Shown here piece by piece: positions 37,501 through 46,358 of a stretch of DNA of 64,000 nt (the stretch's first letter is position 1; each line of letters begins with the position of its first letter). Under the pieces are notes generated by a model, which saw only the letters and a list, made by a program, of their open reading frames with translations, was not told the origin of the DNA and did no database searches. The position numbers and the translations under genes were made by a program. This DNA is from Elusimicrobiota bacterium (lineage in GTDB: Bacteria; Elusimicrobiota; Endomicrobiia; Endomicrobiales; JBDRNC01): contig JBDRNC010000017.1 in NCBI GenBank assembly GCA_043811535.1, forward strand, positions 128,001-192,000. Direction: 5' to 3'.

Positions 37501-39190
37501 ACAGGCAATCGCTGTTTTCTTCATTCAGACCTATTTTTGCGTTGCCCGCCAGTGTTCCTTTCTTAGAGTATAAGGCAAAGTCCTGCAGGTTGATGTAATC
37601 GGGCGTTACTTTGCAGATGAGCTTTCCTTTCCCTTCAAAGCTATTATTTACGGAAAAATCATCAAACGTGCATCTGATCTCCCCGGACTTGCCGGAACTC
37701 GAATACGAAGCTTTACCCGAAATTTTTCCCCTGAGATCGGTGCCGGGAGCAAGCAAGCCGGCCATCCCCTGAATTTCGTATGATAATAGTTTTGCGTGAA
37801 AATCCCAATCAGCGCCGCTTGACCATTTTCCGCCGATTTCCCAGTCTTTATTTTGAGACCCTCCATGGAATGTCCATGCGCTGCCTTCTCCCATCAGGTC
37901 GATTTTCCATTCGGAGGGAGATGCGCCTCCGATATACCAGCGCTTCGCCGTCACGGATACATTTTTGCTGTCGCGCGTGATTGTGCCCTTAATGTTGATA
38001 TCCCCGGACGCTTTTTCCGGAAGAGAGAAAGGTATTTTTGTAACGGGGAAGCCGCTGAAATTTATCCGCAGATCAAGCGGGGAAAGGCGTCCCGTCACCG
38101 TTCCGGTCTTTTTCCTGCCGATCTTAAAGTCCGAATTGAAACTATAGTCGTTTCCGATCTCCATGCTGAAAAACAGGCTTGAAGGCCGAAAGACGCCGTC
38201 GCACTTCCATTTTCCGTCATTTGTGTTTCTAAAGCTGATTTTTAGGTCGTTCATTTCGTGATTCAAGAGGCGGAGGCCGGTCACGGTCGAAGAACCCGAA
38301 ATAATGCTATTGTCGGCCAGTAAATTCAGATCGACCTTCCCGGAAAACGATTTGGAAACTCCCGAAAGATCGAGCTGGGCGCCGTACATGCATTTCTTGA
38401 AACTTTCTCCGGAAAGCCAGATCCTGCCCGCGGCAGACCTTAGCTCACCGGCCACGCCGGATTTGGATGACGAAAGTATCCCGGACGAATTATTCAGTTC
38501 ATACTCTTTCCACCGGATCCTGGGGAAAGACATCCGCAATGAGAGGTCATTACCCGCGTTTCTTTCGATTTCCGCATGCACTTCAAATCCTGATTCGGGC
38601 CCCTCAAAAACAGCGCTTGCGTTGCCTGTCAAATGCCCATCTTTCGGATCAAGATTAAATCCGGATTCTATTCTGTTCGCTCCTGATTTCGCGGAAATTT
38701 TACCGGATATATTTTCAGCGATCGTCAGGGTTCCGCAAAAATCTGAAAATGCCGCCGCGGACGAATATATTTCTCCGGAATCCCATGTAATCTTGATCTG
38801 CGGCGTTTTTGAAGAAGCAGACGGTTTTCCTCTGTCGTTCGTTGTTTTTAAATATGCCGGTAAACCGCGATCGGCTTTTATCCAGGGTTTTTCTAGGTTT
38901 ATATGGTCAAGGGCGACGGCGGGATGTCTAAGGTTAAGCAGAAATTTAAAAGGATTGAAATAGATTGTTACTTTCTGGCAGCGGAAGTTCTGTCCTACGA
39001 ACAGGGCGTTGATAGTGATTTTGTTGAAAGGCCTGTATTCGATTTTTTCAAAAGCAGCGTTCTTGCCGGTCAGATTCTTTATCGCCATCCGCACAGGCAG
39101 TTCAAGAAATCTGAGCCGCCAGGCGAAGAAGAGTGATATGAGTATGACTATGACGATTGCGGCAGATATATAAGCTGCTTTCTTTAGCAT
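34565..39190 (-). CDS. tamB: TamB/AsmA-like bridge protein (DUF490 C-terminus)
   Basis: N-terminal TM anchor, long glycine-rich beta-strand repeats (G...P...G), C-terminal YTAEKYL...QWRF; adjacent to bamA. Confidence 0.82.
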   Translation of the reverse strand: MLKKAAYISAAIVIVILISLFFAWRLRFLELPVRMAIKNLTGKNAAFEKIEYRPFNKITINALFVGQNFRCQKVTIYFNPFKFLLNLRHPAVALDHINLEKPWIKADRGLPAYLKTTNDRGKPSASSKTPQIKITWDSGEIYSSAAAFSDFCGTLTIAENISGKISAKSGANRIESGFNLDPKDGHLTGNASAVFEGPESGFEVHAEIERNAGNDLSLRMSFPRIRWKEYELNNSSGILSSSKSGVAGELRSAAGRIWLSGESFKKCMYGAQLDLSGVSKSFSGKVDLNLLADNSIISGSSTVTGLRLLNHEMNDLKISFRNTNDGKWKCDGVFRPSSLFFSMEIGNDYSFNSDFKIGRKKTGTVTGRLSPLDLRINFSGFPVTKIPFSLPEKASGDINIKGTITRDSKNVSVTAKRWYIGGASPSEWKIDLMGEGSAWTFHGGSQNKDWEIGGKWSSGADWDFHAKLLSYEIQGMAGLLAPGTDLRGKISGKASYSSSGKSGEIRCTFDDFSVNNSFEGKGKLICKVTPDYINLQDFALYSKKGTLAGNAKIGLNEENSDCLSNIVFRNFPFNNALLNGPVKITGNLKAGKDWNFSGYIASDELKAHNLPARKLRAQILVTKSQIDLRNIQWEKLLSGNLAIGLENKIIAGKLSLKNIPIDSFTDKTNGTVEGELVVSGTHDDPTAYFQYTVKDSSYNNIPFEHSGKIQLRDKTVFCEKVRLVSGPEIIEISGVIYPKLNISGKIINLTSQRIARQLSPSTQTDGVFSGNFTVSGEYANPKVDAELNGHKITLDGIPITALQGRFSFQDNRVIISNALAKFTDSELRILNDSKVEINKRSYNLKTEWRNVHLGPVDVFGMMHLSGSWNDTGNEPDFNLTLKTENVWLNQHSIDETVFGIKYQEKVITFVPQSKQLLKVSGNIDMNGWPDTKFHRLSLSFENSRNIVIDGEVGKNKWDFSVSGKSVSAAAISELLDLPVFVEGDADINIIGGGNLDQPKLEGSLNISGGLVSEIPFDNFNLQFNARQDVLTIIRARLVRKNDFTIVANGFVPFPLTSAVFERVKNNPLDITFGVEEGSLNMLTALSKEIKSAAGNLRSQLHLTGTLVSPNANGYLKISNGEINSNIYFEKMTGINVSFLWKNNLLTIEEFSGKIGEGMMDIKGTMKFDGFKPEEYNLTWQTGEKRGIRISIPQLPIPSPLIKTEDWELITNYSQGEPKFQISLKGNADKPLLSGWAELENTRFTYPSIRKQTGEEDVLESFWPKLLWDLELRTGKKTWYDNALVSAQAQGSIKLTGKGYTPTADGKLEALRGNIGYLGTEFRIKRAVFEVIKDDCYLEGEAYAEVPDPTQGGTDTITMFVDRATIGSIKPRFVSKNSPNLASEKVLQRATGVDPEAYSTSDRDYLLRKSLIRIFDSTLTTPLARGLLRKSGLIDNLRGGDENLEPIKPAIPGSPTLTELFYGKKYTAEKYLSNEVMFGYSVIFDRFQDKLSLRQELELSYRMRNNIFLRGTYELESQNPSFTPDRRLMIENQWRFGWTEKK

Positions 39191-39213
39191 CTAATATTCG
39201 GGTACGCTTGAAG

Positions 39214-39293
39214 ATAATTACAGATTAGAAATTACAGATTACAGATTAACGGAAAAACAGGCTGTTGGTTTTCAATTTGTAATGTGTAATTAT
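39214..39293. repeat. Palindromic ATTACAG heptamer array
   Basis: attacag attagaa attacag attacag ... aatttgtaatgtgtaattat; outer arms match at 18/20. Confidence 0.85.
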
Positions 39294-41768
39294 TTAAGGC
39301 ACTACTTCCGGTTTCCCTTCCGGCAGGAAATCGAGTTTCTTTGTGTCCGAATTAAGTCTGACCGAAATTTTTAAAGGCGTTGTTTGCGATTTGCGTGATA
39401 TGTTGCGCGACAGGATCTCTTCGGCGACAGGGTCTTCCAGATACCGCTGCATGATGCGCTGAAGCGGCCTGGCTCCATACTGGGGGTCAAATCCTTTTTC
39501 AAGCAGGAATTCCTTGGCTTCTTCGGAAAGGGCCAGTATCAGTCCTTGCGAAGAGAATTTCTGTTTGTTCTTTTCAAGGAAGAGGTCGAGTATTTTCTTC
39601 ATTTCGGGCCTGCCCAGCGGATGAAACACGACGATTTCGTCTATTCGATTCAGGAATTCCGGGTTAAAGGTTTTCTTAACCTCTTCGTTGACGGTATCCT
39701 TTATCGTCGTATAATCCTGCTGCATGTCTTCCTGCACTAGAAATCCGAGCGATTTTCCCCTTGATATCAACCTTGCGCCGACATTTGAGGTCATTATCAG
39801 GATAGTGTTCTTGAAACTGACCTTATGTCCCAGATTATCTGAAAGCACGCCGTTATCGAGTATTTGGAGAAGTATATTGAAAACGTCGGGATGTGCCTTT
39901 TCAATCTCATCGAAAAGAACGACGGAGTACGGTTTGCGCCTGACCTGTTCGGTCAACTGCCCTCCTTCTTCGTACCCCACATATCCGGGTGGCGAGCCGA
40001 TAAGCCGCGAGACGGAAAATTTTTCCATGAACTCTGACATGTCCACGCGGATAAGGGAGTTTTCATCGCTGAACAGGAATTCGGCGAGAACGCGCGCGAG
40101 TTCGGTTTTCCCGACACCGGTCGGCCCAAGGAATATAAAACCGCCTATGGGACGCCTGGGGTCTTTCAGCCCCGTTCTCGAACGGCGTATTGCGTGGGAT
40201 ATCACTTTTATGGCGTCTTCCTGCCCGATGACGCGTTTTTTGATCTCATCTTCCATATGCAGAAGTTTTTCTGATTCCTTCTCGGTCAGGCGCATCACGG
40301 GTATCTTCGTCCACTTGGATACCAGCAGCGCAATCTCCTCGGGCAGAATGACCGGCCTGGATTCATCCTTGGTCGTGCGCCATTTTTTACGTGCGTCTTC
40401 CAGCGATTTGCGCAGTTCACGTTCCTTATCCCTGAGCCGGGCCGCTTTTTCGTATTCCTGTTTGGAAATTGATGACTCTTTTTCAAATATCACTTCGTTG
40501 AGCTCGCTTTCTTTGTCTTTTATTGATTCGGGCGACTGGGTAGACTGAAGCCTTGCTCTCGCTCCGGCTTCGTCTATGAGGTCGATTGCTTTATCCGGCA
40601 GGTACCTGTCCGATATATAACGGTCGGAAAGCTGGGCGGCGGCGATCAGCGCTTCGTCCGAATATTTGACTTTATGGTGGTTCTCGTATTTTTCCTTAAG
40701 TCCTTTCAGTATTTCTATGGTTTCATCAACCTGGGGAGGTTCGACGTTTATCGGCTGGAAACGGCGTTCCAACGCGGCGTCATGTTCGATATGTTTGCGG
40801 TATTCGTCAAGCGTTGTCGCCCCGATGCATTGCAATTCGCCTCTGGATAGAGCCGGTTTAAGCATGTTGGAAGCGTCAATCGCCCCTTCGGCGGCTCCTG
40901 CCCCGATGACGATATGGAGTTCGTCGATGAAAAGGATGATGTGGCTTTTCGAGCGTCTTATCTCCTCCATGATGTTCTTGAGTCTCTGCTCGAATTCGCC
41001 CCTGTATTTTGTGCCGGCGACAACGGCGGCGAGATCAAGCGTCATCAGGCGCTTGTTCTGCAGTATCTCCGGGACCTCTCCCGACGCTATTTTCTGGGCA
41101 AGCCCTTCCACTATCGCGGTTTTTCCGACTCCGGGATCGCCGATAAGCACGGGATTATTCTTGGTGCGTCTTGAAAGTATCTGGATGAGTCTTTCGATTT
41201 CGTCCGCCCGCCCGATCACGGGGTCAAGTTTTCCTTCTTTTGCGTATACTGTCAGGTCCCGCCCGAATTCGTCAAGCGTAGGCGTTTTTGTCTTGCCTTT
41301 TGCGGTCGCGGCGTGACCCGGCTGTTTATTCTCTTCGCCGAGAAGCGATATCAGTTCTTCGCGCACGTCGTTGATCCTGATGTTGAGATTTTCCAGCACC
41401 CTGGCGGCGATCCCTTCTTCTTCTCTGAGAAGCCCGAGAAGCAGATGTTCGGTCCCGACGTACGTGTGTCCGAGATTCTGCGCTTCCTCAACCGCGAGTT
41501 CAAGCACTTTTTTGGCTCGCGGAGTGAAAGGTATTTCGCCCAGAAGCATAACGTTCTCGCCCGTGCCTACCAGTTTTTCAACCTCAGCGCGGACGCGTCT
41601 CAAGTCAATCCCAAGATTCGCAAGCACTTTCGCCGCGACACCTTCGCCCATCGCGACCAAACCCAGCAGCAGGTGTTCCGTGCCGACGTAATCATGGTTC
41701 AGCCGTTTTGCTTCTTCCTGGGCGATGATAATCACCCTTTGAACGCGGTCCGTAAATCGGTTCGACAT
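39294..41768 (-). CDS. clpC: ATP-dependent Clp protease ATPase ClpC
   Basis: Clp-N repeats (GTEH x2), GDPGVGKT, UVR-like M domain, GPTGVGKT, LGF loop; start MSNRF at 41768. Confidence 0.97.
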   Translation of the reverse strand: MSNRFTDRVQRVIIIAQEEAKRLNHDYVGTEHLLLGLVAMGEGVAAKVLANLGIDLRRVRAEVEKLVGTGENVMLLGEIPFTPRAKKVLELAVEEAQNLGHTYVGTEHLLLGLLREEEGIAARVLENLNIRINDVREELISLLGEENKQPGHAATAKGKTKTPTLDEFGRDLTVYAKEGKLDPVIGRADEIERLIQILSRRTKNNPVLIGDPGVGKTAIVEGLAQKIASGEVPEILQNKRLMTLDLAAVVAGTKYRGEFEQRLKNIMEEIRRSKSHIILFIDELHIVIGAGAAEGAIDASNMLKPALSRGELQCIGATTLDEYRKHIEHDAALERRFQPINVEPPQVDETIEILKGLKEKYENHHKVKYSDEALIAAAQLSDRYISDRYLPDKAIDLIDEAGARARLQSTQSPESIKDKESELNEVIFEKESSISKQEYEKAARLRDKERELRKSLEDARKKWRTTKDESRPVILPEEIALLVSKWTKIPVMRLTEKESEKLLHMEDEIKKRVIGQEDAIKVISHAIRRSRTGLKDPRRPIGGFIFLGPTGVGKTELARVLAEFLFSDENSLIRVDMSEFMEKFSVSRLIGSPPGYVGYEEGGQLTEQVRRKPYSVVLFDEIEKAHPDVFNILLQILDNGVLSDNLGHKVSFKNTILIMTSNVGARLISRGKSLGFLVQEDMQQDYTTIKDTVNEEVKKTFNPEFLNRIDEIVVFHPLGRPEMKKILDLFLEKNKQKFSSQGLILALSEEAKEFLLEKGFDPQYGARPLQRIMQRYLEDPVAEEILSRNISRKSQTTPLKISVRLNSDTKKLDFLPEGKPEVVP

Positions 41769-41795
41769 AGTATTTAACCTCTTATTAGTTACAGT

Positions 41796-41880
41796 AATTA
41801 GCAATTAGCGATTGGCAATCAGTAAATACATCGACGCCGTATACCTTAACCAATTACTAATGGCAAATTGCTAATCGCTG
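41796..41880. repeat. Palindromic AATTAGC heptamer array
   Basis: aattagc aattagc gattggc aatcagt ... ttactaa tggcaaa ttgctaa tcgct. Confidence 0.8.
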
Positions 41881-41886
41881 CATTAT

Positions 41887-42933
41887 TTAATTAAGTCTTT
41901 GTCTTATGATTCTCGCGCGGACAAGATCCCTTTCCTCTGCGTTGAGCTCTCCGCCCATCAACTCCTGGAGATGGGCCGGCTGGGTTATGGTCATCAATTC
42001 AGCGAGCTGCTCTTTTTTCCATCTGATCTCAAGGCCGAGATTGATCCCGAGAAGGACCCTTGAAATGAGCGCCATCGCTTCGCGGAAATCTATCTTCCGG
42101 GCTCCCGACAGCAGCGCCGCGGACCTGTAAATTTTGTCTTCCGTGGAAATCTTCTGCGGGCCGCTCATCAGTTTTTTGCGAGCTTCGTTTTCATACGATA
42201 TTATGCTCGCGACGATATATTCTATATTCCTGACGACGTCATTTTCATCGCGCCCGAGCGTGCAGGCATTGGATATCTGAAAAATGTCTCCTATAACCTT
42301 TGTCCCCTCGCCGTAAAAACCGCGTATGGTCACGCCGACTTTTGAAAGCTCGGCCAGGATAGGTTCTATCTCGTCGGTAATGACAAGCCCTGGAATGTGC
42401 ACGAGCACGGATACCCTCATGCCCGTTCCGGCGTTTGTCGGGCAGGTCGTGAGAAAACCGTACTTGTCGGAATAAGCGAAGCCGAACTCGCCGGCAAGCC
42501 TGTTGTCAAGCGTGTCCACCGAAACGGCCGCCGTTTTCAAGTCGAACCCGGGGAGGATGCACGCGATACGCAGATGGTCTTCTTCGTTTATCATGACGCT
42601 GAGCCTTTCACCGCCGTCAAAAACGACACCTCTCGGGATCTCGCTGGACATGTGATTATGCGAGATAAGATGCCTTTCCACAAGCAGCTGCCTGTCTATG
42701 GGATCAAGCTCCGGAAGAAAAAAAGTTATTCCGCTCGTGAAATGTTCCTGCTTCTGCAGGAAACCGCTCGCGGAATTCCAGATTGAATCGAGTGTCTGAG
42801 GGCTCGCGCGCCACGGGAACGGTTTTCCTTTGACGTTCCTCGCGATGCGCACCCTCGACGAAATTACTACGTCGCCGAAGTTCTTTTGGTCGTTTTTTGC
42901 GAGTTGCTTTTTAAGAAACTCTTTGAGTTTCAT
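41887..42933 (-). CDS. mcsB: Protein-arginine kinase McsB
   Basis: SSRVRIARN, LVERHLIS, MINEEDHLR, TCPTNAGTGMR, RGFYGEG, FQISN. Confidence 0.93.
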   Translation of the reverse strand: MKLKEFLKKQLAKNDQKNFGDVVISSRVRIARNVKGKPFPWRASPQTLDSIWNSASGFLQKQEHFTSGITFFLPELDPIDRQLLVERHLISHNHMSSEIPRGVVFDGGERLSVMINEEDHLRIACILPGFDLKTAAVSVDTLDNRLAGEFGFAYSDKYGFLTTCPTNAGTGMRVSVLVHIPGLVITDEIEPILAELSKVGVTIRGFYGEGTKVIGDIFQISNACTLGRDENDVVRNIEYIVASIISYENEARKKLMSGPQKISTEDKIYRSAALLSGARKIDFREAMALISRVLLGINLGLEIRWKKEQLAELMTITQPAHLQELMGGELNAEERDLVRARIIRQRLN

Positions 42934-43429
42934 CTTTTTTTCCGGAAGCGGCGTTGATGTCCTTTATCTTGTCCCTTAAAACCGCGGCCTTTTCGAATTC
43001 CTCGGTTTTAATGGCTTCTTCGAGCTGCCGGCGCAGTTCCGATATCTGGTCCTCGGATTTCTGTTCCGGCAATATTTTCTTTCCGACGTGCTTTGAACTG
43101 CCGTGTATTCTTTTTAGAAGAGGGTCAAGCTGGGCCGAGAACGCGCTGTAGCAGTTCTCGCATCCTAGTCTGCCTACGCCTTTGAACTGGTTGTATGTCA
43201 GGCCGCAGACGGGACACTTGACCGCGTTTATGGTTTTATGCCCCGGTATTTCCCAGTCGCTCAAGTTCGCAAGCAGGTCAACCAGCGAGAAATGCGGTTT
43301 TGATAAACCAAACTCCACTCCCTTTTCCTGCGCGCAGCTTTCACACAGGTGCAGTTTTACCGGTTTATTATCCATTTCAGCTTCAATATGGATGGTGGCT
43401 TCCTGCTTATTGCATATTTCGCAGATCAT
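42911..43429 (-). CDS. mcsA: McsA (four CxxC motifs plus UVR domain)
   Basis: CEIC, CESC, CPVC, CENC; IHG...HVGK; EEFEKAAVLRD. Confidence 0.93.
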   Translation of the reverse strand: MICEICNKQEATIHIEAEMDNKPVKLHLCESCAQEKGVEFGLSKPHFSLVDLLANLSDWEIPGHKTINAVKCPVCGLTYNQFKGVGRLGCENCYSAFSAQLDPLLKRIHGSSKHVGKKILPEQKSEDQISELRRQLEEAIKTEEFEKAAVLRDKIKDINAASGKKDETQRVS

Positions 43430-44308
43430 TTATTTTCCTTCGATTGAAACGCCAGTAAGGCGCGTTAGTTCCCGGAATTCCTTTATCAGTTTCAGCGTGA
43501 CTTTTCCGGGTTTGCCGTTGCCGATCGGCCTACCGTCTACTTTTACTACCGGAATGACCTCTGCGGCTGTTCCGGTCAGGAAGCATTCGTCGGACGTGTA
43601 AACCTGATAAGTCGTAAACAGTTCTTCCTTGACAAGGTATTTCAGCTTGTTCTTGGCGATCTCCATTACGGCGCCCCTTGTGATGCCCTCCAGCGCGCCG
43701 GCCGAACAAGGAGGGGTGATAAGCGTATTCTCTTTCAGTATAAAGATGTTGTCGCCCGTGCATTCCGCGACGTAACCTTCGGTGTTAAGCATGATGGCTT
43801 CCTGCGTCCCGGCGTGTTTTGCCTCAAGTTTCCCAAGGATATTGTTCAGATAATTCAGCGATTTAACGCAAGGATTAAGTGCTTCCGGATTAGTGCGTTT
43901 TGTGGAAGCCGTAATCAGTTCAAGGCCTTCGGTGTAGAACTCTTCCGGGTAAAGGTTAATCTTGTCGGTGATGCAGAAAACCGTCGGTTTCGGGCATTTG
44001 CCCGGGTCAAGCCCGAGATCGCCGACGCCGCGCGTAACGACAAGCCGGATATAGGCGTCTTTCAGTTTATTTACCCTTAATGTGTCAATGACGACGCTTT
44101 CCATTTCTTTTTTCTTGAAAGGAATCTCAAGTTCGATGGCTCTCGCCGAGTTGTAAAGCCTGTCAAGGTGTTCCCTCAACCTGAAAACGCGTCCGTTGTA
44201 GGCGCGGATCCCTTCGAAGATTCCGTCGCCGTATAAAAGGCCGTGGTCAAATACGGATATTTTGGCTTCGTCTTTTTCAACCAGTTTACCATCGAGATAG
44301 ATCTTCAT
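43430..44308 (-). CDS. ilvE: Branched-chain amino acid aminotransferase
   Basis: DHGLLYGDGIFEGIR, KSLNY, ECTGDNIF, LEGITR, GTAAE; start MKIYLDG at 44308 with AGGAG SD. Confidence 0.95.
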   Translation of the reverse strand: MKIYLDGKLVEKDEAKISVFDHGLLYGDGIFEGIRAYNGRVFRLREHLDRLYNSARAIELEIPFKKKEMESVVIDTLRVNKLKDAYIRLVVTRGVGDLGLDPGKCPKPTVFCITDKINLYPEEFYTEGLELITASTKRTNPEALNPCVKSLNYLNNILGKLEAKHAGTQEAIMLNTEGYVAECTGDNIFILKENTLITPPCSAGALEGITRGAVMEIAKNKLKYLVKEELFTTYQVYTSDECFLTGTAAEVIPVVKVDGRPIGNGKPGKVTLKLIKEFRELTRLTGVSIEGK

Positions 44309-44336
44309 GTCGTGCTCCTGGTATTTCCGCTTTTTA

Positions 44337-45065
44337 TTACAAGAAATATTTCTGTTGAACGGATTGCTTCGTCTGCTGCTCCGCGGACTGAACAAATGCC
44401 GGCTCCGTTGTTATCATGCCGTCGCGCATCATGATTATCCTGCCTGCTTTTTTTGCGAGTTCCTCGTTATGCGTCACTATCACAAGAGTTACATTCCTTT
44501 TTTTACATTCATCGAACATTATCTTTTCCACTTTTTCGCCGTTCTCGCGGTCGAGGTCGCCGGTAGGCTCATCGGCCAGCAGGAGTTCAGGGTCATTTAT
44601 GAACGCGCGGGCGAGCGCGGCCCGCTGCTGCTCCCCGCCGGAAAGTTCCGATGGCAGATGATCCATCCTTTCATTCAATCCCAGGCTTTCAAGCAGCGCG
44701 ACAGCGTCTTTACGCTTGACGGAGCGCTTTGCCCACGCCGGTATCAACACGTTTTCAAGAACGTCGAATTCCGGAAGCAGGTAGTGCAGCTGGAACAAAA
44801 AACCGATCTTGTTGCGGCGCATCCCGGCCCGCTGTTTATCAGCCATGCCGGCAGAATCCATCCCGTCAAACGCGATGTTCCCGGAACTTGGTTTATCCAT
44901 AAGGCCGATTAGGTGGAGCAGCGTGCTTTTCCCCGCGCCGGAAGGGCCCATTACGGCAACCGTCTCGCCCTGCTTAATCTCAAAGCTAACGTCCCTGATC
45001 GCTTTGATTTCAATGCCTTTGTCCAGCGTATAATTTTTCTGAAGGTTCTTAGCCGAGATATCCAT
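44337..45065 (-). CDS. lolD: Lipoprotein-releasing ABC ATPase LolD-like
   Basis: GPSGAGKST, FQLHYLLPEF, LSGGEQQR, ADEPTGDLD. Confidence 0.88.
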   Translation of the reverse strand: MDISAKNLQKNYTLDKGIEIKAIRDVSFEIKQGETVAVMGPSGAGKSTLLHLIGLMDKPSSGNIAFDGMDSAGMADKQRAGMRRNKIGFLFQLHYLLPEFDVLENVLIPAWAKRSVKRKDAVALLESLGLNERMDHLPSELSGGEQQRAALARAFINDPELLLADEPTGDLDRENGEKVEKIMFDECKKRNVTLVIVTHNEELAKKAGRIIMMRDGMITTEPAFVQSAEQQTKQSVQQKYFL

Positions 45066-46267
45066 TATCCGTACCTTATTGCGTCAAGCGGGTCAAGTTT
45101 TGTGGCCTGGTACGCCGGGTAAACTGCCGCGATCACCGCTATTAAAAGCGCGGACGCGACTACGCTGAGAATATCTCCGGGAAGCACCATGACCGGAAGC
45201 GTATCTATGTAGTAAATATCCGCCGGAAGATGTATGAACTTATACCTGTGGAGAGCGTAGCAGACGCCTGTCCCGAGCGCGGTGCCTGATATTATCCCGG
45301 CGAGCCCGACGATAATGCCTTCAAAAAAGAATATCCTGCCTATCTCCATCCTGTTCATCCCTATCGCGGATAATATGCCTATCTCCTTGGATTTCTCGAC
45401 GGTCAGAAGGAGCAGGTTTGAGATTATGTTAAAAGCGGCGACGACGATTATAAGCGTTAAAATGATGAACATCATTATTTTTTCAAGTTTTAGGGCCGCG
45501 AATAGGTTGCCGTTCATGCTCTGCCAGGTCCTTATGCCGTAAGGGAATGAAAGGTCTTTCCGCAGAGTTTTACCGGTCTCAGCGGCGATATCGGGATTCT
45601 TTAAAGAAATACCGATGCCCGTTACGGCGCGGTCGAGTTCAAAAAGGTCCTGAGCGGCTGGCAGGGTTATGTAAGCCATGTTAGAGTCGTATTCATACAT
45701 GCCCGACTTAAATATCGAAGCAACCCAGAATTTCTGCATTTTCGGCACGGTGCCGACAATGCCCGGTGAGACGACTATGACATCCTTGCCCACGCCGGCG
45801 CCCAGCGTCTGCGCCAGGTTGTAACCGAGTATTATGTGGTTGTCGCGCATCTGGCCGAGATCATTATGCAGGATCTTTCCGAGCCCCACAAGTTTTTTTT
45901 CTCCGATAAAGTCAATGCCTTTGATCACCGCACCGCAGGTTGTCTGCCCTTTCCGCAAGATTATCTGTCCGTAAATGAACGGGGCAGCGGCCGTCACGTC
46001 CTTGTTCTCTTTTATCTTCTGTGATATAAACTCGTATTCCAAAAACGGGGCGGTGTCTTCCTTGATTACAAACAAATGCGGCTGGAGCGAGAGTATTCTT
46101 TCCCTGATATCCTTGTGGAAACCGCTCATTACCGCCAGCGTTATTATAAGCGACGCGACTCCGAGCGTGATCCCGCCTACCGCGATAAGCGTTGTCAGGA
46201 GCGTGAATACCCCCTTCCTCCGCGCCTTCAGATACCTCAATGCGATGAATAGTTCAAGTGAATTCAT
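45065..46267 (-). CDS. lolE: Lipoprotein-releasing ABC permease LolC/E (LolF-type)
   Basis: FIALRYL, LAVMSGF, TW...NGNLFAALKLEK, VAAFNI, YYIDTLP, YPA..A..LDP..AIRY. Confidence 0.88.
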   Translation of the reverse strand: MNSLELFIALRYLKARRKGVFTLLTTLIAVGGITLGVASLIITLAVMSGFHKDIRERILSLQPHLFVIKEDTAPFLEYEFISQKIKENKDVTAAAPFIYGQIILRKGQTTCGAVIKGIDFIGEKKLVGLGKILHNDLGQMRDNHIILGYNLAQTLGAGVGKDVIVVSPGIVGTVPKMQKFWVASIFKSGMYEYDSNMAYITLPAAQDLFELDRAVTGIGISLKNPDIAAETGKTLRKDLSFPYGIRTWQSMNGNLFAALKLEKIMMFIILTLIIVVAAFNIISNLLLLTVEKSKEIGILSAIGMNRMEIGRIFFFEGIIVGLAGIISGTALGTGVCYALHRYKFIHLPADIYYIDTLPVMVLPGDILSVVASALLIAVIAAVYPAYQATKLDPLDAIRYG

Positions 46268-46271
46268 AAAT

Positions 46272-46338
46272 TCGTATCTCGTATCTCGTCGTTCGTATCT
46301 CGTAACGTCTTAAACTAGATACGAGATACTAGATACGA
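46272..46338. repeat. Palindromic TCGTATC heptamer array
   Basis: tcgtatc tcgtatc tcgtcgt tcgtatc tcgt ... actagat acgagat actagat acga. Confidence 0.85.
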
Positions 46339-46358
46339 GTCCCGGTTGTTTTCTGTCG

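Noticed and set aside
43430..44340. ctsR gene or CtsR box upstream of mcsA
   Set aside because: The upstream gene is clearly ilvE, and no RGTCAAA-NAN-RGTCAAA repeat was noticed
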